DNA of 64,000 nt from Octopus vulgaris. Lineage: Eukaryota. The translations under genes and the position numbers were made by a program. Below the pieces are notes generated by a model. The model was not told the origin of the DNA. It was given only the letters and a program-made list of their open reading frames with translations, and ran no database searches. Location of the stretch: assembly GCA_951406725.2 (NCBI GenBank), contig OX597816.1, positions 45,570,001-45,634,000 of the forward strand, read 5' to 3'. This document shows positions 61,838 through 64,000 of the stretch, piece after piece; position 1 is the first letter of the stretch; the number at the start of each line of letters is the position of its first letter.

Positions 61838-64000
61838 TAATAATTAAAGGTGGTAGTAGTGGGTTCAAATTTTAGCACAAGGCTAACATTTCCCAGTAAG
61901 TTAATTTCCCAGTGCTTAACTGATACTTATGTTACCAAGCCTGATAGGATGAAAGGCAAAGTTGACCCTGGCAGAAGTTAAATTCATAATAATAATAATA
62001 ATAATAATTAATAATAATAATAATTAATAATAATAATAAAATACAATGAATGACTGATAATTAAATAATCAAAAATAAATTTTCACATTTTACAATAATA
62101 ATGTCTTAGGGATACAAGAACTATAGCAGAAACTCATTTTGGACAAAGGCAGTAAAAAAAAAAATAATTAAAATAAGGATGGGTGAACTGAGGGAAAAAT
62201 ATACGTTTTGAATTTGAATGAATCATTTAAGTTGTTTAGAATAATTCAATTTTTAAAATTTCTTTCGGATTATAGTATTATGGTGCCCATCTTCATATTG
62301 TTTCTCGCATATAACTGATTAATTCATAGCTTATTTATCAATACTATTTATAAATACTGTTCAGCCTCGCCTGGGCCCCGTGCCGGTGTCATATAAAAAG
62401 CACCATCCGATCGTGGCCGTTTGCCAGACTTGTCTGGCACCTGTGCCGGTGGCACATAAAAAGCACCCACAACACTCATGGAGTGGTTGGCATTAGGAAG
62501 GGCATCCAGCTGTAGAAACATTGCCAGATCAAAATGGGCCTGGTGCAGCCTTCTGGCTTCCCAGACCCCAGTTGAACTGTCCAACCCATGCTAGCATGGA
62601 AAGTGGACGCTAAACGATGATGATGATCATGTTCATCAATACCAGTCATGTAATAGAGGCATTTGATAGGATATGATAGAATAACATTTCCTAAATGTTT
62701 ATCCTTTAACAGACTGTTTATTTTTCTACGCTTTATTAGCAATGGAAGCTGTATAAGTTCAAAATTAGAAATCTGCAAACATACTTGATGTGTGTGTATG
62801 TTGAAAGACCTTATTTTGTGGTGTACATCTTCAAGTATCTCTTACAAACATACATTGTTAAAAAACGCAGAAAAATAGCAGAAGCAACAGGTCACCCAGT
62901 ACTGGTAATAGAAATAGAATTGCTGTATCTAAATTTCTGCTTGTTAGTTTCTTCAGCAGCTAACATCCATGTCACCTCGTGTCAAGTAAACACCAGCTGC
63001 TAGCTGATATAGTTAAACAGTGATAGAAAGGTCACGAATGTTGCATTTTGCTGACAAGTTGAATAAAAATTCATCCTTAGAAACAAAAGCAGTATTAATT
63101 CGAAATTAGCAATCTGTATATATAAAGTGTGTATATATTAAAAGCCTTACTAAACTCTGGAAATCATCTTAAAATATCTCTTATAAAAGTGCTGGAATTA
63201 TTTACCTTCATTTACCAAATTGTTCTAGTTTGTTTATCATGTTAGCTATACTATGAAACTTTGAGAAGTAAAATGAATGTATTTCTAAGAAGGTGAATCA
63301 CAAATCCATGTAAAAAATAGAAAAAGAGGAAAATATACAAAATCATATAACACAGCAGCACATATTCCAAAGAATGAAGAAACGAAATGGGGGGCCCAAG
63401 GAATCATATTGTGATTGTCACAAATGACACTACCATTATTACAGCTGAACTAGTTTGTCCAATTTTGTTTGCATAATTAATGAGGTTGATTTACAAAATC
63501 TAAATAGAACTGAAAAAAAAAAAAAATGAAAAGAAATTTGTCCAAAAATATATGTTATTATTATACTATAAAGGAATTTATGTATGACATAAATCTTGTT
63601 GGTTTTTTTTTGTTTAAAAAGAAAAATTAGAAGAAAAAAAAATCACTGGAGCTACTAAGCTGAGAAGAAACTTGGAAGCAGGTAAACAGCATGAATTAGA
63701 AGAGGATACATTTTGTCAAAAATTCTAGTAAGATGAGAAGATTAAATTAGAAAAAGAATGAATATTGTTTTGAAAGTACATTTTAAAAAGACAGGTTTTG
63801 TCAATTTTTTTTATTCATTTTTTTTTTTTGCTTGTTTTAGGTAAGATATTAAAGGAGGAAGAGAAAACAAAACTATCTCTTCTGGTAAAAAAAAAATATT
63901 AGAAGGAAAATAAATTTTAAACACAGATGTTCTAGAAGTTCTACTATTTGTATTTTGTCCAATTCAAATACTACAAAATCTACATTTTAAATTACACACA

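Overview
AT-rich, microsatellite- and retroposon-dense animal genomic DNA. The SINE/RTE repertoire resembles octopus/coleoid cephalopod; this is an inference from recalled repeat families, not a database search. The only host gene I can support is the 3' part of MUS81 on the + strand. It has eight spliced exons between 3164 and 21948, all with GT-AG junctions and compatible phases, encoding about 268 aa (ERCC4 nuclease and HhH2 domains). None of the ORF-track entries captures this gene. Downstream lies a near-complete, uninterrupted CR1-group LINE (26036-29918). Its ORF1 carries a trihelix/Myb-SANT-like motif plus a CCCH finger, and its ORF2 encodes APE and RT. The window also holds decayed R4/Dong-like, RTE, BovB-like and CR1 fragments, three tRNA-derived SINE families, MITEs, and a 139-bp minisatellite. 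31.2-64 kb has no recognisable coding exon. The points most worth following up are: (i) a genomic Gln (CAG) at the near-invariant Arg of the MUS81 DGR motif, which A-to-I editing could restore; (ii) a minimal hammerhead-ribozyme element in the last MUS81 intron, plus related Penelope/retrozyme-like motifs; (iii) the LINE ORF1 architecture, its possible -1 frameshift, and a 3' stem-loop shared with a SINE with compensatory changes; (iv) recurrent fold-back hairpins at retroposon 5' ends; and (v) a tandem repeat that begins in the last MUS81 codons. Most ORF-track entries are microsatellite artefacts.
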